A stretch of 64,000 nt of DNA from a virus (lineage: Duplodnaviria > Caudoviricetes), in the IMG/VR virus record IMGVR_UViG_2840842423_000001, positions 101,185-165,184 of that record. The stretch is one strand, 5' to 3'. The notes below the pieces were generated by a model. That model saw only the letters and a list, made by a program, of their open reading frames with translations, made no database searches and was not told the origin of the DNA. Made by a program: the position numbers and the translations under genes. Each line of letters opens with the position of its first letter. Positions within the stretch are counted from its first letter, which is position 1. Shown here in pieces: positions 1-11,993 of the stretch.

Positions 1-2
1 TA

Positions 3-1172
3 ACAGAATTATACTATGACTTAAGACACAAAGAATATTGGATTAAGCGCAATCTAAAGGATGTAAAATTTAGCGAAAGGAATATTGATACAATCTTTCC
101 CAATTCCTATAAAGATAGAGAAGAGATATTCACTAAACTATCCACCAAGCACAATCAAGGATTGTATACTAACGCATACAGATACCTTGGTGCTATGGGA
201 GAGGAATATTCAAATCGTATCAGCAGATTTTTCTATAGATTAATAACACGACACAGCTACTTTGAAATTTTATATAAGGCTGGACTTAATTTAAATAGCA
301 ACCGATATTATTACTCTGATGTTATCAATCCAGATGAGACTTCACCACGAGGTATTCTAGGTGTATCTAAAACAAGATGGAAGATGATTTCTCGATATGG
401 TATCTACCCAAGAGACCTTAGAAACTTGGGTATAAACGATAAAGCAGATCAGAGAATGATTAACCTGTTGAGCTATGTTGCCAAGTTGGGAGAAAAATAT
501 GGGGTTGATAAATCACAGACATTTTTCGATAATGAATCCGACTATACTTATGGGAGAAATATGTATCGATATGAATCATGTATAAAAACAAGTGAAGATT
601 ACAATCTCAGTGAGAAAAGGGTTATTGAATATGTATATTTTGAGTGTGAGACAACTCAAGGATTAAGCGAAAGACATTCTGTAGATACATACCACGACTA
701 TGTTCGTATGAATGTAGAAATGGACAATATTAATTTTGAACGTTATCCTAGATACTTAAGAACAATGCACGATATTGCAGCAATGAACTATAAGATCAAT
801 TTGGATGAAATTCAGAAAAAGAATTGGGAGAAAAAAGTTAAAGAACATAAAAAGTATGAATATAATTACAAAGGGTATAAGCTATTTCCTCCACAAGAAC
901 CGGAAGACTTAGTAAAAGAAGGTAACGCTTTATCACATTGCATTGGGAGTTATATAAGAAATGTTACCAATGGGAGTTCTACAATTTTATTCTTACGTAA
1001 TAAGGAAGAAGTAGACAAATCACTGGTGACAGTTGAATTGCGTGATGGAATGATTACCCAAGCAAGAGGGAAAATGAATCAAGATGTAACAGAAGAACAG
1101 AGTCGTGTACTAAGTTATTTTGCAAAAAAGTTTGAATTAAAATATAAACCAATATATGAGGAGGCAATTTAA
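3..1172 (+). CDS. PcfJ-domain protein (5' end outside window)
   Basis: C-terminal L..EG..L.HCIGSY ... ILFLR ... LVTVEL ... Q.RG..N motif; frame is open back to the window start. Confidence 0.8.
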   Translation, partial: TELYYDLRHKEYWIKRNLKDVKFSERNIDTIFPNSYKDREEIFTKLSTKHNQGLYTNAYRYLGAMGEEYSNRISRFFYRLITRHSYFEILYKAGLNLNSNRYYYSDVINPDETSPRGILGVSKTRWKMISRYGIYPRDLRNLGINDKADQRMINLLSYVAKLGEKYGVDKSQTFFDNESDYTYGRNMYRYESCIKTSEDYNLSEKRVIEYVYFECETTQGLSERHSVDTYHDYVRMNVEMDNINFERYPRYLRTMHDIAAMNYKINLDEIQKKNWEKKVKEHKKYEYNYKGYKLFPPQEPEDLVKEGNALSHCIGSYIRNVTNGSSTILFLRNKEEVDKSLVTVELRDGMITQARGKMNQDVTEEQSRVLSYFAKKFELKYKPIYEEAI

Positions 1173-1384
1173 TATGAAACAAATGAAATGTACTAAAGAC
1201 GTTGTTGTACAAGGTAGGACGGTGTTTGTTAAAGAGAAGGTTTATGATTTTGAAGCAGTGAAAACGAATGGTGTATCGGCTTATGAGGTAAATGGTGAAG
1301 GCGGAGTAGGTGTTATTTCTAAAGATGATAAAATCTTGAAGAAGAATTTTGTTAAAGTGAAGAAGAAGTTGTTTAGAAAGTAAG

Positions 1385-1413
1385 TTGACAATAGCTAATA
1401 AATATTATATAAT
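1385..1413 (+). promoter_or_regulatory. sigmaA promoter with phage box in spacer
   Basis: TTGACA-17-TATAAT, spacer atagctaataaatatta. Confidence 0.85.
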
Positions 1414-1885
1414 ATATACAGATAAATAAAACCAATCCACAGCACACAACAGAAAAGAGGTGAACATATGAAAATTTGGAGTTCTAACAACAAAAATCAC
1501 AAACAAGACTTCACTGAACTACTTCGAGACGTATTAACAAACAAAGATACAGACAACTCTGACACGCCTCAGAAGTGTGACTATGTAACAGTAGTCGATA
1601 ACGACACAGGTGCAGAAACAAGTGGCAGAATTGTCGACTACACCAAAGACAGTATTGTATTAAAAACAATCACAGAGTTTGATGCGCATAAGGTACATTT
1701 CAAATAACTTTACCAAGAGGTGAAAGAGGATTATTAATTTGTACACTGTATATTATCAAAGACCAGATGGACTAGTTTGCAGCATAGAAACAATAGGTAG
1801 ATATGAAAATGAAGTGTTAGCACAGTTTGAAAGGTTTGACGACTATAATGTAATTTACATAATCGAGACTAATAAACTCATCTAA

Positions 1886-1901
1886 TAAAGCTACGATTTT
1901 A
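1886..1901. repeat. TAAA-N8-TTTA intergenic site
   Basis: tctaataaa-gctacgat-tttattaga, perfect 9-bp arms, immediately after a stop codon. Confidence 0.7.
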
Positions 1902-2578
1902 TTAGATAAAAAATATTATACTGGAAGGAAGTTATACAATGGATGTTTACATAGTGCTTTATGAACACCACAAAGATGGGATAGTAGATGTGTTAGACGT
2001 TTACTCAGATGAAGAAAGAGCGAATAGACGAGTTAGATTTGAGAGAAGTGTGATTGAGTCCAATCCTGAAACATATTTTAGAAATGAGTGTTGGTATCAG
2101 GGAAGAGAGATTATACCACCAGTACAATTAAACACGAATGCGATTATCAAGGAGTGAAGTTATGAGCACATGGATACCCATAACGTTATTTTATGCATTA
2201 TTGTCTTTTGTGAACTTAATCTTAGCTGACGGTCAGGACAACAAATATTGGAAAATCGCACATGTAGTAGTTGCATTGTTTTGTCTAGGAATGTTTATAA
2301 GAAATGTTATTGTGTATATTTGACAAAAATGCGACATAGAAAGGATGGAATTATGAGTAAATACAAATTAGCTTTTTCAATTGATATGCATGATTCAGAT
2401 GGAGACACTTATGAGGAAGGAATCTTATTACACCTTGGAAATGGAGTTATTCTACATTTCAATAACTTAAAAGAATATGACAATTTTATTGATAGTATGC
2501 AAGGTATGCGGGATGAAATTAGAGAAAATCTGTAACGTTGTATTCCGACTTAAAGTAGACAAGAAAGGAGCGATCAAT

Positions 2579-2995
2579 ATTTGTAAACATGGTACACATA
2601 CATACGTAAATATAATCAATAAAGGGCAAAACAGAAGTAGTGTTCCTGTTGATGCTTGTATAGCCGAAGAGATCAGAGAACTTAATGACGCAGGAATTAT
2701 AACATTAGGCTGTTGTTGTGGACATGGTAGGGCTGGACAACTTATTGAATGGGAGAATGGCTTCGGGAAGTGGAAAGGTTATTACGATCCACCTCATGCA
2801 TTAATAAGAGCTGAGAGTGTTGTATTAGCTAAAGAAATGGGATATCAGCCCTATCCATATTATTATGCAGATGGTGTACATAATGATGTTTGGCAAATGC
2901 ACTTAAAGACTGGATGCATCACAGAAGAAGATGTGAAAGAGTGGCATAAAACTGACAAAGGGGTTTATAACATTGAATCAAGAAATAATTATTAA
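2579..2995 (+). CDS. CCGHG-motif protein (TYW3-like signature), probable ATT start
   Basis: VDACIAEEIRELNDAGIITLGCCCGHG; AAGGAG 8 nt before ATT at 2579. Confidence 0.55.
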   Translation: MCKHGTHTYVNIINKGQNRSSVPVDACIAEEIRELNDAGIITLGCCCGHGRAGQLIEWENGFGKWKGYYDPPHALIRAESVVLAKEMGYQPYPYYYADGVHNDVWQMHLKTGCITEEDVKEWHKTDKGVYNIESRNNY

Positions 2996-4370
2996 ACGTG
3001 AACAATATTATACTGAGACTGAGGAGAAGAATATTTCGAAATTACAAATGGAATTTAGGCATATGCATTTCAGTACTTACGATGCTTATAGAAACTATTT
3101 GCATGTTCGAGTAGGAGAGTATGACGATTTTAATTTTTATCTTGAAATGTCACCCCGTGAAGCTGAGAAGTTATTCTTGAAGTTAGCAGAAAAAGCAGGC
3201 AATGTAGAAAGAGGTTTTTGATTTGACGAGACAGGACGTAACAATATTGAAATACGACTATCAACTAATAGGTGGAAAATTAAAGGTTAAAGTGACAGAT
3301 GTTGAAATGTGGGATATTATAGCAATCCGAAGTGATGATGGAAAAGAAGATATTTTTCCATTGGGATATTTTCAGAAACATTTTAAAAAGATTGATAAGG
3401 AGTGAAAATGAATGTCAATAGGAACATTAATGTTAAATCTAATTACCATAATTATCTTATATTTACTTATCGCATTCTCATGGCAAGGTGCGGAGAGGTT
3501 AATTTACGGTAAAATCACATCAAGAATTATAGATGATGTAGTTGCTATAATTCTAGCTGTATCAATATTCACCAATTTAAATTAAGACAAATAATAAATA
3601 GCCAAAAGGAGGAAACCAAAATGACAATGAAAGTATACAAAATGAACAATATAGAAAACGTTGCAGCTAACTCAGCAGAGGAAGCCAAGCAATTCTATGC
3701 CGAGCTTTGCGGATACACATATGATGAAGTGCAAGAGGATTTTGAAGGTGAAGTTGATCTGCAAACTAAAATGTTAGTAGATGTGAAAGATTTACCAGAT
3801 GATGTATTCATTAGAGTAAACAACTTAGAGTTTAAATATGGAACAGCTTGGGCATATATGACGTTCCAATGGGTATTAGAAAATGATCTATATGATGATA
3901 GTGAACCATTCGTAATTAGCTCAACGGAGCACTAGAAGGAGATAACAATGAGTAAACAATATTATGTTTCTATAGTACGGGATCATGATGGCGGATGGAG
4001 ATTAATTATGGATGGATTGTGTATACATACATTCTATAGAAAGAGTAATGTTAAGGCATTCGTTGTAGAGATGATTGATACGAATAAGAATGTTGAGTTT
4101 GTTATTGAGGCTGATGATTAGAATGACAGACTTAACTATTGTTCTAATCCTCTTGGTTGTTAATGTGATATCGGTATGTGTGATTGTAACAAGCGAAGAA
4201 AGAAAATATTCCAATATTCATATTGATATACTTTTTGTAGTTATTATGAATACAATTGCAATAGTAATTATACTTGTGATTGTGTATTTGCTCAATGTAT
4301 AAGTTGCATGGGGGATGTTTTGTAGTGGGACAGAAAGGTGAATAATAATTAAAATAGTTTGTGGATTAGG

Positions 4371-4399
4371 TTGACTATAAGTAATAAATATTATATAAT
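4371..4399 (+). promoter_or_regulatory. sigmaA promoter with phage box
   Basis: TTGACT-17-TATAAT, spacer ataagtaataaatatta. Confidence 0.85.
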
Positions 4400-4450
4400 G
4401 TATATAGATAGTAAATAGGTTAAAATTATATTCTAAAAGGAGAATTAAAA

Positions 4451-4633
4451 ATGGATCAACAACCATCAAGCAGCGAATTTCTGTTTTGTTATAACCCAAA
4501 ACTCTCAAAGCATTTAAGTAATTTGGGAATAAGGTACATAACGAAAGGAATTAGCCCAAAGGAAAAAAGGATATTCACTTTATACTACAAGAATAAGGAG
4601 TTACAGGAAGCACTAGATAGCTACCAAGGATAA
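4451..4633 (+). CDS. small protein (DUF5659-like) upstream of helicase
   Basis: 60 aa with AAGGAG RBS; F.CYN..L...L...G..Y ... L..AL..Y pattern. Confidence 0.5.
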   Translation: MDQQPSSSEFLFCYNPKLSKHLSNLGIRYITKGISPKEKRIFTLYYKNKELQEALDSYQG

Positions 4634-4657
4634 AATTAAATTAAAGGAGATTCTAAT

Positions 4658-6151
4658 ATGAGAGTAACAGACAAAGTAACGGATTACAAAGATTGGCAAC
4701 AAGGAGACTTAATTACAATATCAGCCGGAACAGGCAAAGGAAAAAGTTATTTTGTAAAACATAGGCTATACGAACATGCCAAAGCAAACGGTAAAAAGAT
4801 ACTGTTTTTAGTGCATAGGTTAAACTGTTTGAAACAATTTCAAATGGAGATTGAAGAAGATAACAAGACAGATGTAATAACATTGACTACATATCAAGCT
4901 ATTGAACATAGAAAAATCAAAAGAAGTAACAAAGAAAACATTGATCCTAGCACATATGATTATATAGTTTGCGATGAATTTCATTACTTCTTTAGCGACG
5001 CATCATTCAGTCGAACAACAGACCTATCACTTGAATCAATCCTCGATGCCAGTAATAGTATTAGGATTTTTATGAGTGCAACAGGAGATTATGTGGAGAG
5101 ATACTTAGAGAATTACAGGAAGTTGAACATACGTCATAAATATGAATTGCAAACTGAATATGATTTCATTAAAACTTTAACATTATATAACAAAGCAGAT
5201 GATCTAGAAAGTTTTGTTGAAGAGGCAATAAAAGGAAAATATAAATCAATTTTCTTTATCAATAACACAAAACTTGCTGTTGAATTACATAAAAAGTATA
5301 AGAAGCATTCTATGTTTAATTGTTCGCCACACAATAGTTCCTATAAACATGTTGATGAAGATAAAGTCAACAGTATGCTGAAAAATGAACGCTTTGAGGA
5401 TTTAATTCTTTTTACGACTAGTGTTCTAGACACAGGAGTAAGCATAAAAGACTCGGAAGTAACTAATATAGTCTGTCATAACTTTAGGGATGTTCGAGTA
5501 TTAACGCAATGTATCGGCAGGAAAAGGCTTGTAGATGATAACGATCATTTACATTTAGTGTTAAGTAATTTGAACAATAAGCAATTAGGCGGCAGCAAAG
5601 GGAATATTAGGAAGATGATAGAGAAAGCGAATTATCTTAGAGAATATGGTGTAGAAGATTACAATAAGAAATATTATCGTCAGGTTGATAAGACTAATAT
5701 AATTTACGATGAGACAGATGAAAAATCAGCCAACAGAAAAGTAATTAAGAAAGTAAACGAATTAGCATACTTTAAGTGTCTTATTGACATAGAGGACATT
5801 AATTTGATGCTTACTAAAGGTAAATATGGTTATACAGAGTTTATCAAGGAGTGGTTCGATATGAGTAAGGTTTTCATTGAGACTGACGAAAGTTACAAAG
5901 AAAACTTGGAGTTTTACTTGGATAGCATAGTTGACAAGAGATTATTTAAAGACGAACAGAAAGAGTTAATCAACAAGATTCTACTTAAAGATTCAAGAGG
6001 TAGACTTCAGAAAGGGATAAGCACAATTAATGCTTATTTTAAAGAAAATAAGTTAAGGTATGAAATTGTGAGTAAAAGAACTAGCGAAAGAGTAGAAGGG
6101 AAAGTCAAATCTTTAAGATACTGGCAGGTGATAGGCGATATTGACATATAA
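4658..6151 (+). CDS. SF2 DEAD/DEAH-box helicase (origin-binding-protein-like)
   Basis: Walker A AGTGKGKS, Walker B DEFH, motif III MSAT, motif V TSVLDTG, motif VI QCIGRKR. Confidence 0.85.
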   Translation: MRVTDKVTDYKDWQQGDLITISAGTGKGKSYFVKHRLYEHAKANGKKILFLVHRLNCLKQFQMEIEEDNKTDVITLTTYQAIEHRKIKRSNKENIDPSTYDYIVCDEFHYFFSDASFSRTTDLSLESILDASNSIRIFMSATGDYVERYLENYRKLNIRHKYELQTEYDFIKTLTLYNKADDLESFVEEAIKGKYKSIFFINNTKLAVELHKKYKKHSMFNCSPHNSSYKHVDEDKVNSMLKNERFEDLILFTTSVLDTGVSIKDSEVTNIVCHNFRDVRVLTQCIGRKRLVDDNDHLHLVLSNLNNKQLGGSKGNIRKMIEKANYLREYGVEDYNKKYYRQVDKTNIIYDETDEKSANRKVIKKVNELAYFKCLIDIEDINLMLTKGKYGYTEFIKEWFDMSKVFIETDESYKENLEFYLDSIVDKRLFKDEQKELINKILLKDSRGRLQKGISTINAYFKENKLRYEIVSKRTSERVEGKVKSLRYWQVIGDIDI

Positions 6152-6337
6152 TCTCGTATGTCAAAAATAGGAATAAGCTATTAATAAGGATAATCCATTT
6201 ATTAGCATACACAGATCAGCAAAGAAAAGCGTTTGCCGATCTTTTCTCTACGCTACCTGTTAGGTAGCTAGGAGAGATATTGTTTTATGGATAGAGAAAT
6301 CATTCCATCTATACCTCTAAAGGTTTTACATTTAGGG
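6141..6337. other. tandem hairpin array downstream of helicase
   Basis: Five to six consecutive inverted repeats, e.g. ttgacata-8-tatgtcaa and gctacct-gtt-aggtagc. Confidence 0.55.
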
Positions 6338-6627
6338 AAAGAAGTGGAATGTTTTTGAAAATCTTTCTTACTAGAAGTGGTTGGTCAAATTATGAGAGAA
6401 GGTGAACAAATGAATAAAAAGAACAAAAGGATTCTCAAAGAAGCATTCATATATTTCGGAGTTTTCGTTGGTTTAATTGCATTAGTTATGGGAATCTTAG
6501 CGTTAGCGGCATTAGAAAGTATGGTTCTATTTGTGATAGTGTCATTGATCGTTATTTTTATCTTATGCTATGTAATGGCTTGGTTGGGAAATAATTATTG
6601 AAGATTAAAATATAAACAATACTATAA

Positions 6628-6643
6628 TAAAAGGTCAATTTTA
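6628..6643. repeat. TAAA-N8-TTTA intergenic site
   Basis: taaa-aggtcaat-ttta, directly before RBS aaggagg. Confidence 0.65.
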
Positions 6644-7060
6644 ATTAAAGGAGGGTGAGTACAGATGTTTATTAAAAATGAAATAGAACTACACCAGAAT
6701 AGCGTTGATCATATAGAAGAAACGTTCGCAATGTATACAGAGATATATCAAATAAGCGAACAAATAAAGAATCCAATTATGCATATGTATCCGATCAAAG
6801 ATACTTATGATCCTGATGGTGGACTCAGTGGATACATTGACGCTTTATTTTTCAAGATGAATGTGTACGACACAGAGAATATGACAGTTTACAAAGACGA
6901 GAATCTTCATGATGGGATTCTACCTTTTAAAGAGTTAAATGTGTCTCAGATTAAAATCTTTAAAGACTTGAGTACTATGATTGTATTAAGAGGTGAGTAT
7001 GCTATTTCAACCCATCATACAGATGTTAATATTTACATTAAGGAATAATTTATCCAATGC

Positions 7061-7089
7061 TTGACTATAACTAAATAATATTATATACT
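7061..7089 (+). promoter_or_regulatory. sigmaA promoter with phage box
   Basis: TTGACT-17-TATACT, spacer ataactaaataatatta. Confidence 0.85.
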
Positions 7090-7142
7090 GTATTAATATA
7101 CGGAATTGATTTACAAATAATATAAAAGGAGGAATAAATTAA

Positions 7143-7583
7143 ATGGATAAAACAATTAAAAGAATCATAATCACATTAGCAACAATTTTACTACTATCGG
7201 GTGTATTTGCAGTAGGAGCATACGCAAGTGCAACATGGCTATCGTTTGAGGGTGATGAGAAGGTAAGTAACACAGAAAGTAATATTGATGAGATTATGGA
7301 TATTCTACGTCAGGTGAATGAGGATAAATTGTCTGCTGAGGAAGCTTTGGAGGAATTAGAGGATATGAATCCTCCGGGATTAGTTGAGCAGATTAAAGAA
7401 CTAGAAGAACAGATTGAAGTGTTGAAAGATGAGAAACAAGTGTTAGTAGATGAGAATGAAGCTTTAAATGAGTATGTAGAACATTTGGAAACAGAGTTGA
7501 CTAGAGCAAATGAGAAAGTTGATGGATTGAGTGGTAGGTCGGAAGATGCTGTGGAAGAAGCTAGAGAGATTGTTGGAGAGTAA
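7143..7583 (+). CDS. exported/membrane-anchored coiled-coil protein
   Basis: N-terminal signal-like hydrophobic helix ending A-Y-A; acidic heptad repeats. Confidence 0.6.
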   Translation: MDKTIKRIIITLATILLLSGVFAVGAYASATWLSFEGDEKVSNTESNIDEIMDILRQVNEDKLSAEEALEELEDMNPPGLVEQIKELEEQIEVLKDEKQVLVDENEALNEYVEHLETELTRANEKVDGLSGRSEDAVEEAREIVGE

Positions 7584-7610
7584 TTGATTGTGAAATTAGT
7601 AAATTAGTAG

Positions 7611-7639
7611 CTGACAATAAAATAATAATGTTATATAAT
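7611..7639 (+). promoter_or_regulatory. sigmaA promoter with variant box
   Basis: CTGACA-17-TATAAT, spacer ataaaataataatgtta. Confidence 0.7.
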
Positions 7640-7992
7640 TAAGTCAGATGAGAAAAGGAGGTGCTTAAATGGAATACACTACACGTCCAAAATCGTATGA
7701 GCAATCTATCAAAGAGAAAGTCGAAATATTCTTCAAGGTGTTGACAGGTGGTATTTATATTGTGGAGAAGGATCGGCATGATGTATTTGGCGAAGGAGCT
7801 TTTGTAACAACTGAGGAGTTGGTAAAAGTGTTAAATACATCAGCAATGACAATTGGAATTTATACTGGAAGAGGAATTAAGGTGGTAACCAATAATGAAG
7901 ATGAGTTGAATTCGATTGCGGGAAATGAGAGTGATATGTATTTGGAAAGAAGTCGAGGGATTGATTACATGTAAGATGGAGGAGGCAATAAG

Positions 7993-9045
7993 GTGATCTC
8001 AGAGAAGATTAATGAGATGGTGAACGAAGAAGTTGGAAGAGTTATTGGCGATAAAATAGCAGAATTAGACGAAGCGAGAAAACATTTATGCGATGTAGAA
8101 GAGAAAACTCGTTATTTAGACAATGATAACTATGAATTAAATCAGAAAGTAAGATCATTGAGCAAAGCAGAGGATCTCATCGCTAAATTTACACCTTTGG
8201 TAAACAAAGACAACTTTGAGGATTTTCTGGATAGTTTAAATTTAGAAGGTACAGGAATTGTAATAGATGGAATGGATAGTGGAAAGATTCCTGTATGGTT
8301 TCAAGCAGTGGTGAAATATTATGATCATAAAGAATTGGTTATTAGTTTAATGAATTTGTTTAATATTGACTATCCTAACTGGGCTGCAAATTTCAAGTTA
8401 CCATATGATTACAATGAAGAAGAATTGGATTTATTCTTTAGGAATATTAGCTATGCTAGTGTGACTAATGGTGCAGATTTTCAACATAATACAGGTTTCT
8501 TTTATGAAAAACTAAAGAGAAACAATGGTGATGTGAAGCTGTTGTTGACAAAATCTGATTACTTTAATATTCCATGGAATTTGTTATTGCAGAATAAATT
8601 GTTAGTTACAGGTGAATATTTCAATAAGATTCTAAATGAGTTGAAAGAGAATAGCATGGGTTACATGAATTCATTTAACTTTTTCTACATACAAAAGTAT
8701 CAAGAGTTAAGCAGTTATCAAGTGTCGCAAATGTTGGATTTACTACCTGAGAAAAGGTTAATGGATTGTCATAGAGCATTTATTAATCAAAATGTAGATA
8801 TATTCAAAATTAAACCTGAGTTGGTAAATAGATTCTTGAATAAGATTAGTGATAATCAATTCTCTACATTTTATTATTTAAATTATCCAGTGGAGATACA
8901 GAAGGATTATGTTAAAGATTACACTGAAAGATATGGATATAGAGATAAATTTGAAATGGTGAAGAAGATGGATATTAGTAAAGAGGATAAGATAAAATTG
9001 CTTAGTGAGATTGCTGAGATGGAGTTGGGAGAATCAGAGGATTGA
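7993..9045 (+). CDS. hypothetical phage protein (350 aa)
   Basis: Long ORF with GGAGG RBS; no motif recognised. Confidence 0.6.
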   Translation: MISEKINEMVNEEVGRVIGDKIAELDEARKHLCDVEEKTRYLDNDNYELNQKVRSLSKAEDLIAKFTPLVNKDNFEDFLDSLNLEGTGIVIDGMDSGKIPVWFQAVVKYYDHKELVISLMNLFNIDYPNWAANFKLPYDYNEEELDLFFRNISYASVTNGADFQHNTGFFYEKLKRNNGDVKLLLTKSDYFNIPWNLLLQNKLLVTGEYFNKILNELKENSMGYMNSFNFFYIQKYQELSSYQVSQMLDLLPEKRLMDCHRAFINQNVDIFKIKPELVNRFLNKISDNQFSTFYYLNYPVEIQKDYVKDYTERYGYRDKFEMVKKMDISKEDKIKLLSEIAEMELGESED

Positions 9046-9514
9046 TAGAAAATACGATATAATGGAAAGGGGATGGAGACAATGGTAGAAATAATGGGGC
9101 AAAATTTAGATAATGCATTTGAACAATTAGATGTTAATGCAGACAGGATGGTTGAAACAGAAGAAACTAAATTGCAAGTTTGGCAAATGTCTGAATTAGA
9201 GTTTGATAGGTTAGCGGCTATTCCCGATGAAGATTGGCATGAAGATTTCGGATGGTGGCGTAATGGCAGATGTATTTATGAAGGACGTGCAACTACTGAA
9301 TACATTGTCAATGGTGAAAAAATGCTGGGATATGGATCTGATATGGAGTTATTCGGGAATGAATTTATAACCTATTCTCAATGGTTTAATGAAGCGATGA
9401 ATCTATCCACAGATACGAATCTCGTTATATTCGCAAAGAGTTTAGCAAGTGATAATGGAATGAGTTTATCTGAGTTTATTTCCAAATATGAGAAGTAATA
9501 TATTGCGGTTCAAA

Positions 9515-9530
9515 TAAAAGATGGCTTTTA
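9515..9530. repeat. TAAA-N8-TTTA intergenic site
   Basis: ttcaaataaa-agatggct-tttatatgaa, arms match 9/10. Confidence 0.7.
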
Positions 9531-9558
9531 TATGAATTAATCAGAGAGGATGATAACA

Positions 9559-9720
9559 ATGAGTAGTGCAGAATTGGAAATTGCAAGAGAACAAAGAGCA
9601 TGGGAGAAATATTGGAAAAGTTATCGAAGTAGTTTGTTTTGTGAAAACTGTGAAAAGAAAATACCTGAATCGTTTTTCTCTCTTTCATATTGTTCTCAAT
9701 TGTGTAGAGATAAATCATGA
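9559..9720 (+). CDS. small Cys-rich (CxxC...CxxxC) protein not in ORF track
   Basis: GAGG RBS; MSSAELEIAREQRAWEKYW...FCENCEK...YCSQLCRDKS. Confidence 0.55.
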   Translation: MSSAELEIAREQRAWEKYWKSYRSSLFCENCEKKIPESFFSLSYCSQLCRDKS

Positions 9721-10040
9721 ACCGATGCCCTAACGAAATTGGAACATACAAAGGCTGTATATACCTTGAGTTCCCTAAACACATGTTGAAAGAATACGAT
9801 GGATTCTATGAAACCGTATTTGGATGTGATGTTGATTACTGTATTGCTGGTGAGATTCAGGATTTGTGGGATCAAGGTGTTACAACATATGGCTCTTGTT
9901 GTGGTCATGGGATCAATGAAGGAATGATAAATGTGGATGAGAAAGATGTATCTAAGATGTATAAACTGGGTTATAAATTGTTTCCATCTCAAAAAGGGAT
10001 GTATCCATATACTTTTATTCCGAAGTCTCGACATAAGTAA
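9717..10040 (+). CDS. CCGHG-motif protein (TYW3-like signature)
   Basis: VDYCIAGEIQDLWDQGVTTYGSCCGHG, paralogous to the 2579 ORF. Confidence 0.55.
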   Translation: MNRCPNEIGTYKGCIYLEFPKHMLKEYDGFYETVFGCDVDYCIAGEIQDLWDQGVTTYGSCCGHGINEGMINVDEKDVSKMYKLGYKLFPSQKGMYPYTFIPKSRHK

Positions 10041-11433
10041 GGTGGTGAATACGCAGTGTTAAAAATATTTGAAACCAAAAATAAGAAAGAACATGATAAT
10101 GTGATGGAACATCTAAATAATTGGGCATCTCAAATGTATAGTAGTGAATATGATAGATGTATGAAAGTAGCTAAATCACGCAATGAAAATGTTGTTGCTA
10201 TTTTTGATGATTGGTGGCATGGTAAGCGTGTGTATACTGATGAGTATAGATTAAAATATTCTAAAGATGATTATGATAATGCAAGTGGTATTATATTAGA
10301 AACTGTTTCTAATGGATTTGGGTAACAAATGGAGATGATTATAGATGGATGTAGAATGGAAGATGAATGGTGAGATTGTGATTAAGCTTAGAGAAGATGA
10401 TTTGTTGGATGAAGATAAGAGACAGAAGATAGCTGAGTTTATATCGGAGCAGTTAGGGTTTCAGGTATGCGATGTTAAACAAACAGTAGAAAGGAGAATA
10501 AATATGGGAGATTGGCTAACTACTGGGCAAATGATTGATAAGTTAAAGGTTGGTGAGAGAGCAGATTCTGTTAAAAAGTTTACAGGTTATAATGTCACAA
10601 AAACAAATCGAGGAATAGTTTTTGGTGATGGTGAGCCTTTATTTATGAATAGTGTGGCATTAGATATTAAGTGGAAAATCACTCCAGTGTATGTGACTTT
10701 TGAAGAGGCGATGAAAGCATTGAAAGAAGGTAAAGAAAAAGTTTTCTTTCATGATGGAGAATGGAAAGCACACGTAGTTTATGATGAGTGGATTGAAAAT
10801 AGTTATGTCAGTGGATATACATTTGAACAGCTATTAACAGGAAATTGGACTGTTGAAGACTGAATGAATTTCAATTTACACATGGAAGGTGATAGTCAAT
10901 CATAGACTTAATAGATGCAGTTACATATGCACTGAAAGAAACAAAATGGAGTTTGCCAAATATAAATAAAAATACAGAGGAGAGAGTGAATATGAGTAAA
11001 ATTACACCTACGAAAGAAAAGTATGAGGAAGCGTGGGAGATTGTGCAGCGATACGAGGATAGACAAAAGGATTTAGCAAAGTTGAACAAGGATTTAGGAT
11101 TCTGTTTGAAACAATTTGTTCAGTTTAAATTTGATGTGAATGAGGGCAAAGGCGAGGTTACGTTTAGTGGATTGACTAAAAGTGGAGAATTGAAACTGAC
11201 TAAGAGTGCAGTGAGACATGGAGATAAGTTTGAAGATGTTATTGGGAAATTGATTTGTGTCAAACGTGCGATTGGAGAAGATGTAGAATATTTAGAAAGA
11301 TATATCGAAGGCGAACTGATTATAGGAGTGTTACATACTGATATAGTCAATGGATTGGCTTTAAGAAATCCATTGGGGAATGGAAAAACTTATTACAAAG
11401 CATAAAAATAATTAAAAGAAATTTTAAATCTGG

Positions 11434-11462
11434 TTGACTATAGGTAAATAATATTATATAAT
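11434..11462 (+). promoter_or_regulatory. sigmaA promoter with phage box
   Basis: TTGACT-17-TATAAT, spacer ataggtaaataatatta. Confidence 0.85.
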
Positions 11463-11993
11463 GTATATAGAGTAGTTGGTTCTATTAATTTTAAGGTGGT
11501 GAGATAAATGACAAATAACGCAGAGAATGCCATTAACATTATTAAAGGTGCTACAGTATATGGTGCTTTAAATTCTTCAGAGATTGTTACTAGAGAGGAT
11601 GGGAGTACAACTTATACTCAGAAGAATGAACATGGACATACACAAGTTGACGTATCATTTGATGGGATTGAGATCAGTATGAAGAAGTATCAATAAATGA
11701 ACAATATTATATATAATACGTTCGGAGAGAGGGTGAGGTAAATGGAAGATAGATTAAGTAAATTGGAATCAGAGGTTGATTCGTTACACAGCGTTGTTAA
11801 GCAGCTTAGTTCAGGTTTGAGTGAAAGAATCAGTAATGTGGAAGCTGATTTAGATTCTCTTGCTGGGCAAGTGGCATTGAAAAGTGATGCGCACTGATTG
11901 ATAGGAGTTTTAATGGTAAATTAATAATATATAATTGTTTTGTAGTATATAGAGCAAAAATAAAATTAGAAGAAAAAGGGAGATTGAATACAT

